Source of the DNA: a virus
Lineage: Duplodnaviria > Heunggongvirae > Uroviricota > Caudoviricetes
Reading direction: 5' to 3' (one strand)
IMG/VR virus record: IMGVR_UViG_2778261179_000006
Span: 1 to 64,000 of that record
DNA: 64,000 nucleotides
Positions 13,101 through 21,302 of this stretch are shown one piece after another (positions within the stretch are counted from its first letter, which is position 1; every line of letters starts with the position of its first letter). Position numbers and translations under genes: made by a program. The notes below the pieces were generated by a model that searched no databases, was not told the origin of the DNA, and saw only the letters and a program-made list of their open reading frames with translations.

Positions 13101-16100
13101 TGCTTTATGACTTCGTTGCCGCCGGACGCGTAGCCAGCGCAATGGACTCCGACTCCCACCGCAAAGAGGCCGCGCGTCGCCGGGTATTGTCGGAGTATTC
13201 AGATACCGGCACCGAAAAAGCAGAGAAGTATCCGTACTTTGAGGATATGGGCTTCGATAGTGTGATCGCTGACGAAGGTCACAACTACCGCAATAGCTAT
13301 AAAAATGGTCGCGAAGCGTCACAACTGGCCTATCTGCCCACCAGCGCGGTGGCGCAATCGGCGCGAGATATGGCAATTAAAAACGCGTACCTGATGAAAA
13401 AGAATGGCGGGCGCGGGCCGGTTCTCCTGACTGCAACGCCAGTCGTTAACACCCCGATCGATGCATACAACATGCTTTCTCATGTTCTGCCGAAGGAATA
13501 CTGGCAGAACATGGGGATCTACGGTCCTGATGACTTCGTTAAATTCTTCGGCAAGACCAGGCTGGAAACGGTACAGAAAATCAGCGGTGAAGTTGAAGAA
13601 AAAATGGCGCTGGTGGGCTTTGAAAACCTTGATGCGCTGCGCGGTATATTCCATCGCTGGGTAACGCTTAAAACGGCGGAAGACGTTAAGGATACCGTGG
13701 AGATCCCGGAGCTGGACGAACACCAGCAGGATGCACCACTTACTGAAGAACAACTGGCGGCGTATGAAGAATTGCGTCAGCAGGCGGAAGCGGCGGCCAA
13801 AGCCAACAATGGCGTAACGACCTCGGTCAATGAAGACGGCGTGATTGAGCACGAGAAAGCCCGTCCGATCTTCTCAATAATCAGGGATATGGACCGCGTA
13901 TGTACTGACATGGACCTGTACTATCGCCGGATCACCTATCGTTTCCTGCCGGAGTACGCCGATGCGGTGCAGCAGCTGGCGGACAGTTTGCCTAAACAAG
14001 CCACCAGCGAAGACGACGACAGTGATGATTCAATCACGCAGCAATCGCAATACTCCCTGATAGATAAGGGCGAGTTTATTCAGTTGCAGGTTCCGGAAGC
14101 GTTCGAGCAGGAAGTGAATAAGCGCCTGGCCAGGTTTGGCATTGACGAACAGACCGTAACTCACCCCGTTACGCCCAAATACGCGAAGCTGATCGCCACG
14201 CTGAAGGAGTTTTTCCCGGAAGGTAAGCAAATCATCTTCACCGATGAAAAAACGCAGCACCAGAAGCTCAAGCGCATTATCTGCAATGCTCTAAACCTTG
14301 AACCTTCAAAGGTGGGGATCCTGAATGCTCAGACGGTTGCCGAGGCAGGTAAAACCGGTAAGAAACTGAAAGCGGTTAAACCGCCGAAAGAGCTACCGGA
14401 TGAACCAACAGATGCACAGATAGCGAAATACAACGAGCAAATGGCTCTGTATGACGCCTATATCGCGCAGCAAAATGAAATGTCGTTGGGCGGTCTGGAA
14501 AAGATTGCAGCCGACTTCCAGGAGGGCCGGACTCCGATCATCATCTGCAACAAAAAGGCAGAGGTGGGTATCAACCTGCATCGAGGAACGACGGATATCC
14601 ACCACCTGACGTTGCCGTGGACACCAGCCAGTATCGCACAGCGTAACGGTCGCGGTGCCCGAGTTGGTTCCAACCGTGCAAGCGTTCGCGTTCACTACTA
14701 CTGCGGCAAGGGGTCTTTCGATGAATACCGACTGAAGACGCTGAAGCGTAAAGCAGGCTGGATCTCCGATATCCTCCGTTCAGATAAGTCAGAAATGGAG
14801 AACGCCGACGCCAATGACATGATCGAAATGCAGATGTATACCGCGAAGGATGACGGCGAACGTCTGGCAATGATGCAGGTTCAAATGGATAAGGCGAAAG
14901 CTGCGAAACGCGCTCGCCAGAAAGAACAGGCTACTATCGACCTTCAGAACTACATCAAGGCGCAGCACGCAGCTGGCGAGGATGTGGAGGTACTTACCGC
15001 TGAATTAGAGCGAAGCAAAGCGGAACTTGAAAAGACCACCGCCGAGGTAGCTAAATTCAAACAGGCGGCAATGGCCAAGGCAGCGGATAACGCAGACTGG
15101 AAGGCCCGCTGGGGGAGTGTCCATCACACAGACCGTATGTTGTTAGCACAGTATCGCGCGTCGTTGAAAAGCGCCATTCAGCGCAAGGCTAATATCTCTC
15201 AGGCCATCTCCCGCTATGAGAAATTATTGAACCGTACTCAGAAGGCCGCGACGGATATCAAACGCCTGCGCCCGCTGGTGGAGGATGCAATAAATAAAGG
15301 CATTCTGGATATTGATCCTGACATGGTTAACCATGCGAGTGAGTTCCTTGTTATCGGCGATCGCTCATGGCGTGTAGGCCAATACTACGATTGTGCCGGT
15401 GATATCGTTCGCATTAAGTCGCTGGACTTCGACAGCCAGCGCGCAGACGTGGAGATCATCTTTACCTTCAAAGGCACCAAATCGGGTAACTGGGATGTGA
15501 AGACGCTGGATAAACAGGTTGATGTAACTCCTGATGAAGATGCTGTTATGCAGAAAATCAGTGGTGGCGTCTCCATCGCCGGGATTAACGACATCATTTC
15601 CTGTGACGATTTCTACCGTTTCCAGCAGCGCGGCATGATCAAAATCACTGACTCATACGGCGTTCAGACTACAGAGTCAGGCTATAGCATTGATTTAGTT
15701 GGTACCTATACGGACCCACTGAAGCATGCGGTTTACCCGGATCGCCGTGACGGCGCGCTGAAGTCGTCAATTGCAAAATGGGTGCTTGGTATGATGTCGG
15801 AAGGGAATAACCGCCAGATCCGTTCGGCAGAAACATTCCTGGTTGAATTGTTTGGCTCCAATTATGGCGATGTAATCGCGTCATACGGAGATACGCTATC
15901 CCCTGAAGCAATTCAGGAGAAAATAGCGGATGCGATCGCAAAAATGCCGGAGAAAACAAGCCAGGGGGCTACTCGTAACGGGGATTCTGAACTTGAGGTC
16001 ACCAATGCCATTTTCGGTACCCATGAGTTCCGGGCGTCAGATTATGAGATCACCACAGCACAGTTTGGCACCATTGGCATTTACAGCAATAAAGCCGAGA

Positions 16101-16885
16101 TCAAGCAGGCAATGGACGCAGCAAGCGCGCGCATCGCAGCAGAACGGGAAGCCAATCTGAATCATGCAGTCGCCGCACTGACTCAATCGTGGGTAACAGC
16201 AATCAGGGAGGCCGCCACCACAGGGAAAATCACACCTGCAATTGCGGATGTCGTAAACGACGGCTCTAAATTTATGGATGCCTATCAAATGGATGCGGTG
16301 CAGTTGCCATCAGCCTATGGCCAACTCAGCTATCGCATGACCTACAACCTGGTATCAATGTTTTCCGACCTTGCCATCCTTGGGCTGGTGGATCTTAACG
16401 AGGTTACGCCGGAATTGCTCAGCATGCGCAAGAATCATGTGGAGATATTGCAGAGAATTAACACGGTTCTTGCCGGGCGCACCGATGAAGAGAAACAGGC
16501 CGACGCTGATCGGATAAACCTGGCCCTTGGCAACATCACGGAGGAAGAAATTGCCGCCAGAAACGAGAAACAAGAAGAGTTATCATCAATACAGGGTGAT
16601 GCCACCAGCATAGCTCAGTCTCTTGGTCTGAATTATCGCGTATCCACCGCCGACCTGAAGATGATGTACGCACCGAAATTCGCCGCTGGCGAGGTATTTG
16701 GGCTTCAGGAAGCCTCAGGCATGAAAGGCGTTCTTTTCCGTGCGAAAGACGCAATCAAGGCGAAATTCGGCGCTCGCTGGCTGCCAGCGAAGGCGAAGAA
16801 CAGCGATTTCCCGGGTAACTGGTGGATTATCGAGACAAAACACAACGTGGCGGACGTTCTGGCCGTCATCCAACAATACGCATAA
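10118..16885 (+). CDS. darB: DarB-like antirestriction protein: N6-adenine methyltransferase + SF2 helicase fusion
   Basis: 2255 aa; NVPFGG methyltransferase motif near N-terminus; helicase Walker A GFGTGLGKTT, DEGH box IADEGHNY, motif VI QRNGRGARVGS; size matches P1 DarB from memory. Confidence 0.8.
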   Translation: MNKLSMGVFRCSSVSEILKYIRAITSHRAPIKYGVEKVEGKSYDRLRREANQKAIDLLNSLVDGATLTDEQRQILAGYTGEGGIGGSVSEYYTPKPIAEGVWEIMKLYGADVGNTLEPSAGTGVFNETKPVGTVMTATEISSVSGRINQLLHPEDSVQISPFEQLAVSTPNDSFDHVVGNVPFGGRDNTRNIDKPYAEETDMGSYFMLRMLDKIKPGGFMCVIVPPSIVSGSNMKRLRLRLSRKAEFLGAHRLPTGTFDANGTSTVVDVVLMRKHPAEMAEKIPLVDESTLESANVLWPTFISGKWFEKDGRRFVHGTQEKGFQGRIEVRADGQIDNQALKAKLIHRFESRIDWSLLDMAEPSPTADVVGEGEMRLINGVWQKYAGGRWIEADAGKELKIDVASYGADSWEALQRNLTTTEGRLGMTFTQMANVRDKYTTSISDDMVQLVDWINSQPEKYRERLYRGAMIGRMLIEYQDMKAAGHSAEQIEQQRLSLVSRLQAEIDRFGNPGRGPIAKLSGSGARAWFAFRGAIKLDGTISDELTGKLVTHDSSASYDSTSYQDTLRYLYSDLTRDPIQLDDFRLAFTGELPASDDELLNLLASIPGIAVSPYGGIVPFARATSGDINEIVAPKQEFLATLPDGPVKNNVLNQLAAIEEKRIKTPAENIRFKLNSRWFDRSVILEFLQENGYPDLRYVQSVQLEGDEMVSDTYHGGDGLFVGHRYGVVQRKDKETGEIRYEWDRKSGENATGFPAQLEKYLNGARIGGKDSATANGYREQMALLEDQFNKWIKTHDRYDELVAKYNDVFNSNIPYEHSGDPLGLKGLSGKRQPFDYQNSEVRRLSEDGRGILGFGTGLGKTTTALALEAFNYENGRSTRTAYVVPKSVLENWYYEAKEFLSEEAFSNYLFVGLDVLMDGDQIRQVPVLDENGKPVLGTDGTPVMRDALKLADEATITARMNAIPHSNYRAVVFTKEQYARIPLRDDTVDEHAQDMLYDFVAAGRVASAMDSDSHRKEAARRRVLSEYSDTGTEKAEKYPYFEDMGFDSVIADEGHNYRNSYKNGREASQLAYLPTSAVAQSARDMAIKNAYLMKKNGGRGPVLLTATPVVNTPIDAYNMLSHVLPKEYWQNMGIYGPDDFVKFFGKTRLETVQKISGEVEEKMALVGFENLDALRGIFHRWVTLKTAEDVKDTVEIPELDEHQQDAPLTEEQLAAYEELRQQAEAAAKANNGVTTSVNEDGVIEHEKARPIFSIIRDMDRVCTDMDLYYRRITYRFLPEYADAVQQLADSLPKQATSEDDDSDDSITQQSQYSLIDKGEFIQLQVPEAFEQEVNKRLARFGIDEQTVTHPVTPKYAKLIATLKEFFPEGKQIIFTDEKTQHQKLKRIICNALNLEPSKVGILNAQTVAEAGKTGKKLKAVKPPKELPDEPTDAQIAKYNEQMALYDAYIAQQNEMSLGGLEKIAADFQEGRTPIIICNKKAEVGINLHRGTTDIHHLTLPWTPASIAQRNGRGARVGSNRASVRVHYYCGKGSFDEYRLKTLKRKAGWISDILRSDKSEMENADANDMIEMQMYTAKDDGERLAMMQVQMDKAKAAKRARQKEQATIDLQNYIKAQHAAGEDVEVLTAELERSKAELEKTTAEVAKFKQAAMAKAADNADWKARWGSVHHTDRMLLAQYRASLKSAIQRKANISQAISRYEKLLNRTQKAATDIKRLRPLVEDAINKGILDIDPDMVNHASEFLVIGDRSWRVGQYYDCAGDIVRIKSLDFDSQRADVEIIFTFKGTKSGNWDVKTLDKQVDVTPDEDAVMQKISGGVSIAGINDIISCDDFYRFQQRGMIKITDSYGVQTTESGYSIDLVGTYTDPLKHAVYPDRRDGALKSSIAKWVLGMMSEGNNRQIRSAETFLVELFGSNYGDVIASYGDTLSPEAIQEKIADAIAKMPEKTSQGATRNGDSELEVTNAIFGTHEFRASDYEITTAQFGTIGIYSNKAEIKQAMDAASARIAAEREANLNHAVAALTQSWVTAIREAATTGKITPAIADVVNDGSKFMDAYQMDAVQLPSAYGQLSYRMTYNLVSMFSDLAILGLVDLNEVTPELLSMRKNHVEILQRINTVLAGRTDEEKQADADRINLALGNITEEEIAARNEKQEELSSIQGDATSIAQSLGLNYRVSTADLKMMYAPKFAAGEVFGLQEASGMKGVLFRAKDAIKAKFGARWLPAKAKNSDFPGNWWIIETKHNVADVLAVIQQYA

Positions 16886-16918
16886 CAGGAGCGCCCGGTT
16901 CGCCGGGCGTCGCATAAT

Positions 16919-17359
16919 ATGGCCACACTATCTGATACAATAAAACCGAATAAAACATATCTTGAGGCGGTACTCCGTACAGCGTTGTTAGGAAAGACAG
17001 AAGACGAATACGTTGATTTCTTCCTGTCAGGGCTACGCGGGCGATTACTGAAAAATCCCCGCCTGTACCGCAGCTATGGTCCATACTGGCCGGAAATTAA
17101 AAAATTATTACTGGAGCGCGGTTATGGTAATTTCGGTCGTCTCGTTGACCGTGACGTTCGCAAAATTTACCGTTATGACCGCCCGGCTCTAACACTCATA
17201 GCCGCGACGCTCTACAGCCAGGAGCGTTTTGATAATGGTCAGATATACTCAGCCTGGCATTTACTGCCAGTGTCTGAAGAAGTTGACGACCAGGACTATG
17301 AATTTGAGTCTTACGATTTGGAAGTTGAAGCCTTGGCACAGGCTGGAGAGAAAACTTGA
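16919..17359 (+). CDS. ulx: hypothetical protein (ulx-like, upstream of lxc)
   Basis: 146-aa ORF right after darB, overlapping the start of the 82-aa ORF; name from synteny only. Confidence 0.4.
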   Translation: MATLSDTIKPNKTYLEAVLRTALLGKTEDEYVDFFLSGLRGRLLKNPRLYRSYGPYWPEIKKLLLERGYGNFGRLVDRDVRKIYRYDRPALTLIAATLYSQERFDNGQIYSAWHLLPVSEEVDDQDYEFESYDLEVEALAQAGEKT

Positions 17360-17604
17360 AAAAGCGATACTACACAGTAAAGCATGGGACGCTACGAGCA
17401 TTACAAGAGTTTGCTGATAAGCATAACGTTGAAGTGCGCAGGGAAGGGGGAAGTAAAGCTCTGCGCATGTACCGCCCGGACGGGAAATGGCGTACGGTCG
17501 TCGATTTCAAAACTAACAGCGTTCCCCAGGGCGTCCGCGACCGGGCATTCGAAGAATGGGAGCAAATCATCATAGATAATGCATTGCTCCTGAATGCTGA
17601 TTAA
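17356..17604 (+). CDS. lxc: Lxc/Bof-like C1 co-repressor
   Basis: 82-aa basic protein at the position and size remembered for P1 lxc (bof). Confidence 0.45.
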   Translation: MKKRYYTVKHGTLRALQEFADKHNVEVRREGGSKALRMYRPDGKWRTVVDFKTNSVPQGVRDRAFEEWEQIIIDNALLLNAD

Positions 17605-17610
17605 GTTTGT

Positions 17611-17640
17611 CTAGCCCGGTTAATACCGGGCTGGTTTAGA
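17611..17640. terminator. stem-loop between convergent lxc and the accessory cassette
   Basis: AGCCCGGT-TAAT-ACCGGGCT hairpin; weak U-tract on either side. Confidence 0.4.
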
Positions 17641-17662
17641 CATCTTAAGTGGGTGTTAATTT

Positions 17663-18172
17663 TTAATTATGGTTAATCATATCTAACAGTATTTTTAGCT
17701 TCCTGCATGTGTTATCAATATCTTTACATAATATGACATCAAGGATGTTTGGTAGTCCTAATACCATATGAGAAATGAAACCCTCGCCAACTTGTAGATT
17801 ATGGGTAGTCTCATCTGGATTCACGTATTCAATGGTTTTAGTTTTATTTATCCCATAATCTTTATAACAGATGATTACAGGAATGTTCTTCTGTTCAGCA
17901 ATCTGCAACTCTATTCCTAGCCCTGTTGATGGAAAACTACATTCTGCAATTATTACATCAGATTTCTCAACCATATCTCTGTCCCAAATGTAACAAAGTT
18001 TAGATTTGTTACTTTCAGGGCGCTTTGATAATTCTGGGTCACTATTTATCAAAGCATATTTTACGTTGTTATTTTGAGATAGACCTTTTGCAAGGCTGTG
18101 AATCCAATTACTGTACTCATGGAAAATTTCCCTTGGAACATGAGTTAAAGCGCATGCGATATATATATTCAT
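17663..18172 (-). CDS. nucleoside 2-deoxyribosyltransferase-fold protein (NDT/Rcl-like), candidate effector of accessory cassette
   Basis: 169 aa; MNIYIACAL N-terminal strand and DVIIAECSFPSTGLGIELQIAEQ resemble the NDT catalytic-Glu motif; strongly AT-rich; ATG overlaps stop of upstream gene (TAATG). Confidence 0.6.
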   Translation of the reverse strand: MNIYIACALTHVPREIFHEYSNWIHSLAKGLSQNNNVKYALINSDPELSKRPESNKSKLCYIWDRDMVEKSDVIIAECSFPSTGLGIELQIAEQKNIPVIICYKDYGINKTKTIEYVNPDETTHNLQVGEGFISHMVLGLPNILDVILCKDIDNTCRKLKILLDMINHN

Positions 18173-19212
18173 TAAGAAGCAGACCTTACGTTTGGGATAA
18201 GAAATTGGTGTCCAGTAATTTCAGATGAAATTGCATCTATAAACTGTGACGGAGATTGTTGAATAAATTCAGCAATAATCCAGTTTTCTTTTTCATTTAG
18301 TAACTGTCTTAGCTTAAGTGGGTCATACCGACATAGCTCACTTAATCGATGCATAGCTGCTAGGGTTATAACCAATGGCGATATTGAAACAGAAGTATGC
18401 TCAGATTGATTGTTTTTACGTTTGAGATACCAAAGAGTCTCTGCGCCATTGATATAGTAAAGATTTCTTCTTATTTTTTGATGAAATTCAGTTAATTGCG
18501 GCATGTTGGACGATTGATTTTCATTATAATCAAGTAATGACTCTACTGATTTTATTTTGTACTTTTCTCTTTCAAACAATTCGAACGCTGGCGGTAGAAT
18601 GTCGAAAACTGTGTCGAACCGAAAATCCTTGGATAAAATCGCAGTGAAAAACAGGCTATTGTCTGACTCATTCAGAACGAACTCAGCATCGATCAGTGGA
18701 ATAAATATATCATCAGTTACATCATAAGTAAGGCAATATGTACGATGAATATATGGCAATCCAGAAAAAAGGTTTTTTATATTGTACACCCCCTCATGAG
18801 AGGTGCCGTCAATATATTTTGAAAAAGACGGAAGTATACCCTCATTTTTTATTTTTACTTTTATATCAGATAAGTTATCAATTTGGGCTGCATTTTCACC
18901 CCTAGCAACACCATGATGCTGTTTGAAGTTTATATTGCGAGATGAAAGTAACGCCTTTACTGCATTCATGAATGAATAATAGTGCAAAAGTGGGGCTGAT
19001 TGGTTGGGTAAACCATTGGCCGCCTGATTAAATACTTTTGCTTGCTCCCAATAAAAAAGAGCCTCATCTTTTTCGTTTCGCTTTAACCAGAGTTCGACAA
19101 AATCCCAATGACTGTATGTAAGTACATTCCTTGCGGTTAGGTCAGGGTTTAATGATGCTTTATGAGGCTTCATGACCTTGTTCCTAATTTTCAGCGGCTT
19201 AATATTCATCAT
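18172..19212 (-). CDS. hypothetical protein, first gene of accessory cassette
   Basis: 346-aa ORF, AT-rich, GGAGG 9 nt upstream of ATG; no motif recognised by eye. Confidence 0.55.
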   Translation of the reverse strand: MMNIKPLKIRNKVMKPHKASLNPDLTARNVLTYSHWDFVELWLKRNEKDEALFYWEQAKVFNQAANGLPNQSAPLLHYYSFMNAVKALLSSRNINFKQHHGVARGENAAQIDNLSDIKVKIKNEGILPSFSKYIDGTSHEGVYNIKNLFSGLPYIHRTYCLTYDVTDDIFIPLIDAEFVLNESDNSLFFTAILSKDFRFDTVFDILPPAFELFEREKYKIKSVESLLDYNENQSSNMPQLTEFHQKIRRNLYYINGAETLWYLKRKNNQSEHTSVSISPLVITLAAMHRLSELCRYDPLKLRQLLNEKENWIIAEFIQQSPSQFIDAISSEITGHQFLIPNVRSAS

Positions 19213-19241
19213 TGTAATAATCCTCCACCCAAAGTTACTAG

Positions 19242-19270
19242 ATTGTAAAATATATATTTTTGTTCCACAA
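19242..19270 (-). promoter_or_regulatory. candidate sigma70 promoter of accessory cassette
   Basis: Minus strand TTGTGG (19270-19265), 17-nt spacer, TACAAT (19247-19242); no C1 operator motif nearby. Confidence 0.35.
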
Positions 19271-19302
19271 CAAAAATCTCTATTGGCTACTGACGTAATT
19301 AA

Positions 19303-19944
19303 TTATAAATAGTTTTCTTTGCCGGTAAGTAAGCCTTGAGGAACTCGCTTGTCGGCTAGACATTGGGTTCCGCGAATTATGTTAATCAGAGGGCTTAGTA
19401 ACGATGTTTCCTGGCGGGCCTCAACTTCTCCAGCCATTGCCCTGATGTAGTCGGCGCTTGCAACGTTGTTATATTCCGTTGCGAAGCAGCATAACAACGA
19501 CAGAACGTGCTCTGTCGTTATTTCGCTCCAGTTGATGTTGAAAAATTCATCGCCTTTTTTGTCGTGTTCGGAATCGAAGATGCTTTGGTGGAGGATGTAT
19601 TTGCCGGATTCTTTGCGCGGTAACTTGATCGCTTTCTGGCGTTCCAGCTCCTTGTAAATCTGCATTGCTTCAATTAGTACCGGCCTGCCGTTCATGAAGG
19701 GATCGCGCAACCTTACACGCTGGCCAACTCGACCCGTAATAAAGCTGTTTTCCTCTTCCACCAGCACGATAAAACCCTTTTCCTCTTTTTCTCGCAATTC
19801 GCGCAGCAGCTGGAGTTCCATATCGCGGCGGCGTTCAGGGTAGCTGGTCCGCTCAGCCATTATCAACTCGTTGTTGATCCATGCAGCAGTCATTGACGCC
19901 GGTTTGCCGACGCTCATCGAAACAACGCATATTTTCTTATCCAT
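19303..19944 (-). CDS. mat: particle maturation protein-like
   Basis: Gene between ref and the cassette, backbone-like GC; internal ATG at 19944 preferred over ORF-track start at 19971; name from P1 synteny. Confidence 0.45.
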   Translation of the reverse strand: MDKKICVVSMSVGKPASMTAAWINNELIMAERTSYPERRRDMELQLLRELREKEEKGFIVLVEEENSFITGRVGQRVRLRDPFMNGRPVLIEAMQIYKELERQKAIKLPRKESGKYILHQSIFDSEHDKKGDEFFNINWSEITTEHVLSLLCCFATEYNNVASADYIRAMAGEVEARQETSLLSPLINIIRGTQCLADKRVPQGLLTGKENYL

Positions 19945-20132
19945 AGCGCCCCTACAAAAAAGAAAAGCCACCAGCGGCGGCTTAGCAATACAACTGAAGG
20001 TAGCGCCCGGTACTCAGACTGTGCCGTCCATGGAATATTTGAAAAGGGATCCATCCGTACCGGGCGTGTGATGATTCTGACTCAAGTCACTTGTCAGTTG
20101 TCAATCATTTATCATTAAAAATAATATATTTA

Positions 20133-20693
20133 TTAGTGCATGATGTTTGCCATCTCATAGGCGTCAGCCAGTAACTCCATCTCTGACTTGTTCAGCAGGG
20201 TGAATTCTTTCTTGCCTCCAACCACACCATCGGCATGAACAGGGACCAGCCAGGGGTATTTTGCTCTTACTTCAGCCGGTGCTGCATGCTGGTGGTGCCA
20301 TCTACAAAGTGGCAATTGCTTTTTGTGACAACCAGGCGCGGTACGACCGGAAATATGGTGCAGAGACACCTCTTCAGATATTACTCCATGCATATAGCAC
20401 GCAATGCAGGGGAGAGCGCCAAGAGCATTGGCTATGTGCCGTTCCTCTGCCGTCGGTGTTCGTCCCTTCAAGCCACGAGATTTTATTTTTACCGCACTTT
20501 TCCGCGTTTTGCTGGCTGGTGGGCACTCTTTCTGTTTAGCGATACGGCGGTCGATAGAATCCCGCATTTTCTGATATTGCGATTCTCGCCAGGCGGGGTC
20601 AGCCAACTTTTCCCGTTGCCGAGCGATCGCTCGTTCTCTGGCTGCCTTCTGCCACTCGCGGCGCTGTTCAAGTTTTTGTTCGATTGTTTTCAT
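20133..20693 (-). CDS. ref: Ref recombination enhancement function (HNH endonuclease)
   Basis: 186 aa from internal ATG at 20693 (MKTIEQK...); Cys/His-rich HNH-type region CIACYMHG...HHISGR...CRWHHQH. Confidence 0.85.
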   Translation of the reverse strand: MKTIEQKLEQRREWQKAARERAIARQREKLADPAWRESQYQKMRDSIDRRIAKQKECPPASKTRKSAVKIKSRGLKGRTPTAEERHIANALGALPCIACYMHGVISEEVSLHHISGRTAPGCHKKQLPLCRWHHQHAAPAEVRAKYPWLVPVHADGVVGGKKEFTLLNKSEMELLADAYEMANIMH

Positions 20694-20790
20694 ATGGCAA
20701 AAAAAAGGCGGCCTAATGGCCGCCAATGATGTCAAGGAGTGAAGTAATGGCAACGTCTTCGTAGTTGACAAAAACTGCGGCTCAATTATA

Positions 20791-20807
20791 GCAATCAATT
20801 AGAGCAA
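20791..20807 (+). promoter_or_regulatory. C1 operator-like site in ref promoter region
   Basis: Conserved core ATTAGAGCAAT; minus-strand TATAAT lies immediately adjacent. Confidence 0.5.
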
Positions 20808-20914
20808 TGGTAGATATTTTATTTATCGCGAATCACATTTTTTCACTTCAGTACCCGTGTGCTATACTCCTTCTTGATTGATTGGATGCGGAATACAAAC
20901 CCGCTCTTTTGTGC

Positions 20915-20943
20915 AGCCTGGCTCCTTGCCAGGCTTTTTTTTA
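20915..20943 (+). terminator. strong plus-strand intrinsic terminator with no upstream plus-strand gene
   Basis: AGCCTGGC-TCCTT-GCCAGGCT followed by T8. Confidence 0.6.
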
Positions 20944-21252
20944 TTTCATCATGGAAGTTGTTAACGCTTTGGACCTTGCTGAACTGATTGAGAGGGCTTT
21001 GTCAACGTGCCCCAAAAATTCGCCAAACTCAGACATCACTTTAGCAAAACCGCGCCGTGCTTCTTCCTCGGTGGCATTCATCACGAAATGTTCAGCACCA
21101 CGCATACTTTTGACAGGGAACGCAACGGATATTGAATCAATATCAGGCATTCTATCGCTCAGCTTTACAGTGACAATGACGGCTGGCGACTGAATATTAG
21201 TGCTTACAGACAGCACTACATATTTTCCGTCGATGTTGAAATCCTTTCTCAT
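20941..21252 (-). CDS. cra: Cra-like small protein
   Basis: 103-aa ORF between cre and ref, same strand; name from synteny. Confidence 0.45.
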   Translation of the reverse strand: MRKDFNIDGKYVVLSVSTNIQSPAVIVTVKLSDRMPDIDSISVAFPVKSMRGAEHFVMNATEEEARRGFAKVMSEFGEFLGHVDKALSISSARSKALTTSMMK

Positions 21253-21268
21253 ATGTCACCATAAATAT

Positions 21269-21285
21269 CAAAGAATTAGAGCAAT
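21269..21285 (-). promoter_or_regulatory. C1 operator-like site between cre and cra
   Basis: AGAATTAGAGCAAT core match. Confidence 0.45.
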
Positions 21286-21302
21286 CATTTACGCGTTAAT
21301 GG

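Noticed and set aside
10438-16754. Numerous 60-100-codon ORFs on both strands inside darB
   Set aside because: All are nested within or antisense to the single uninterrupted 2255-codon frame, which carries coherent methyltransferase and helicase motifs; treated as chance ORFs.
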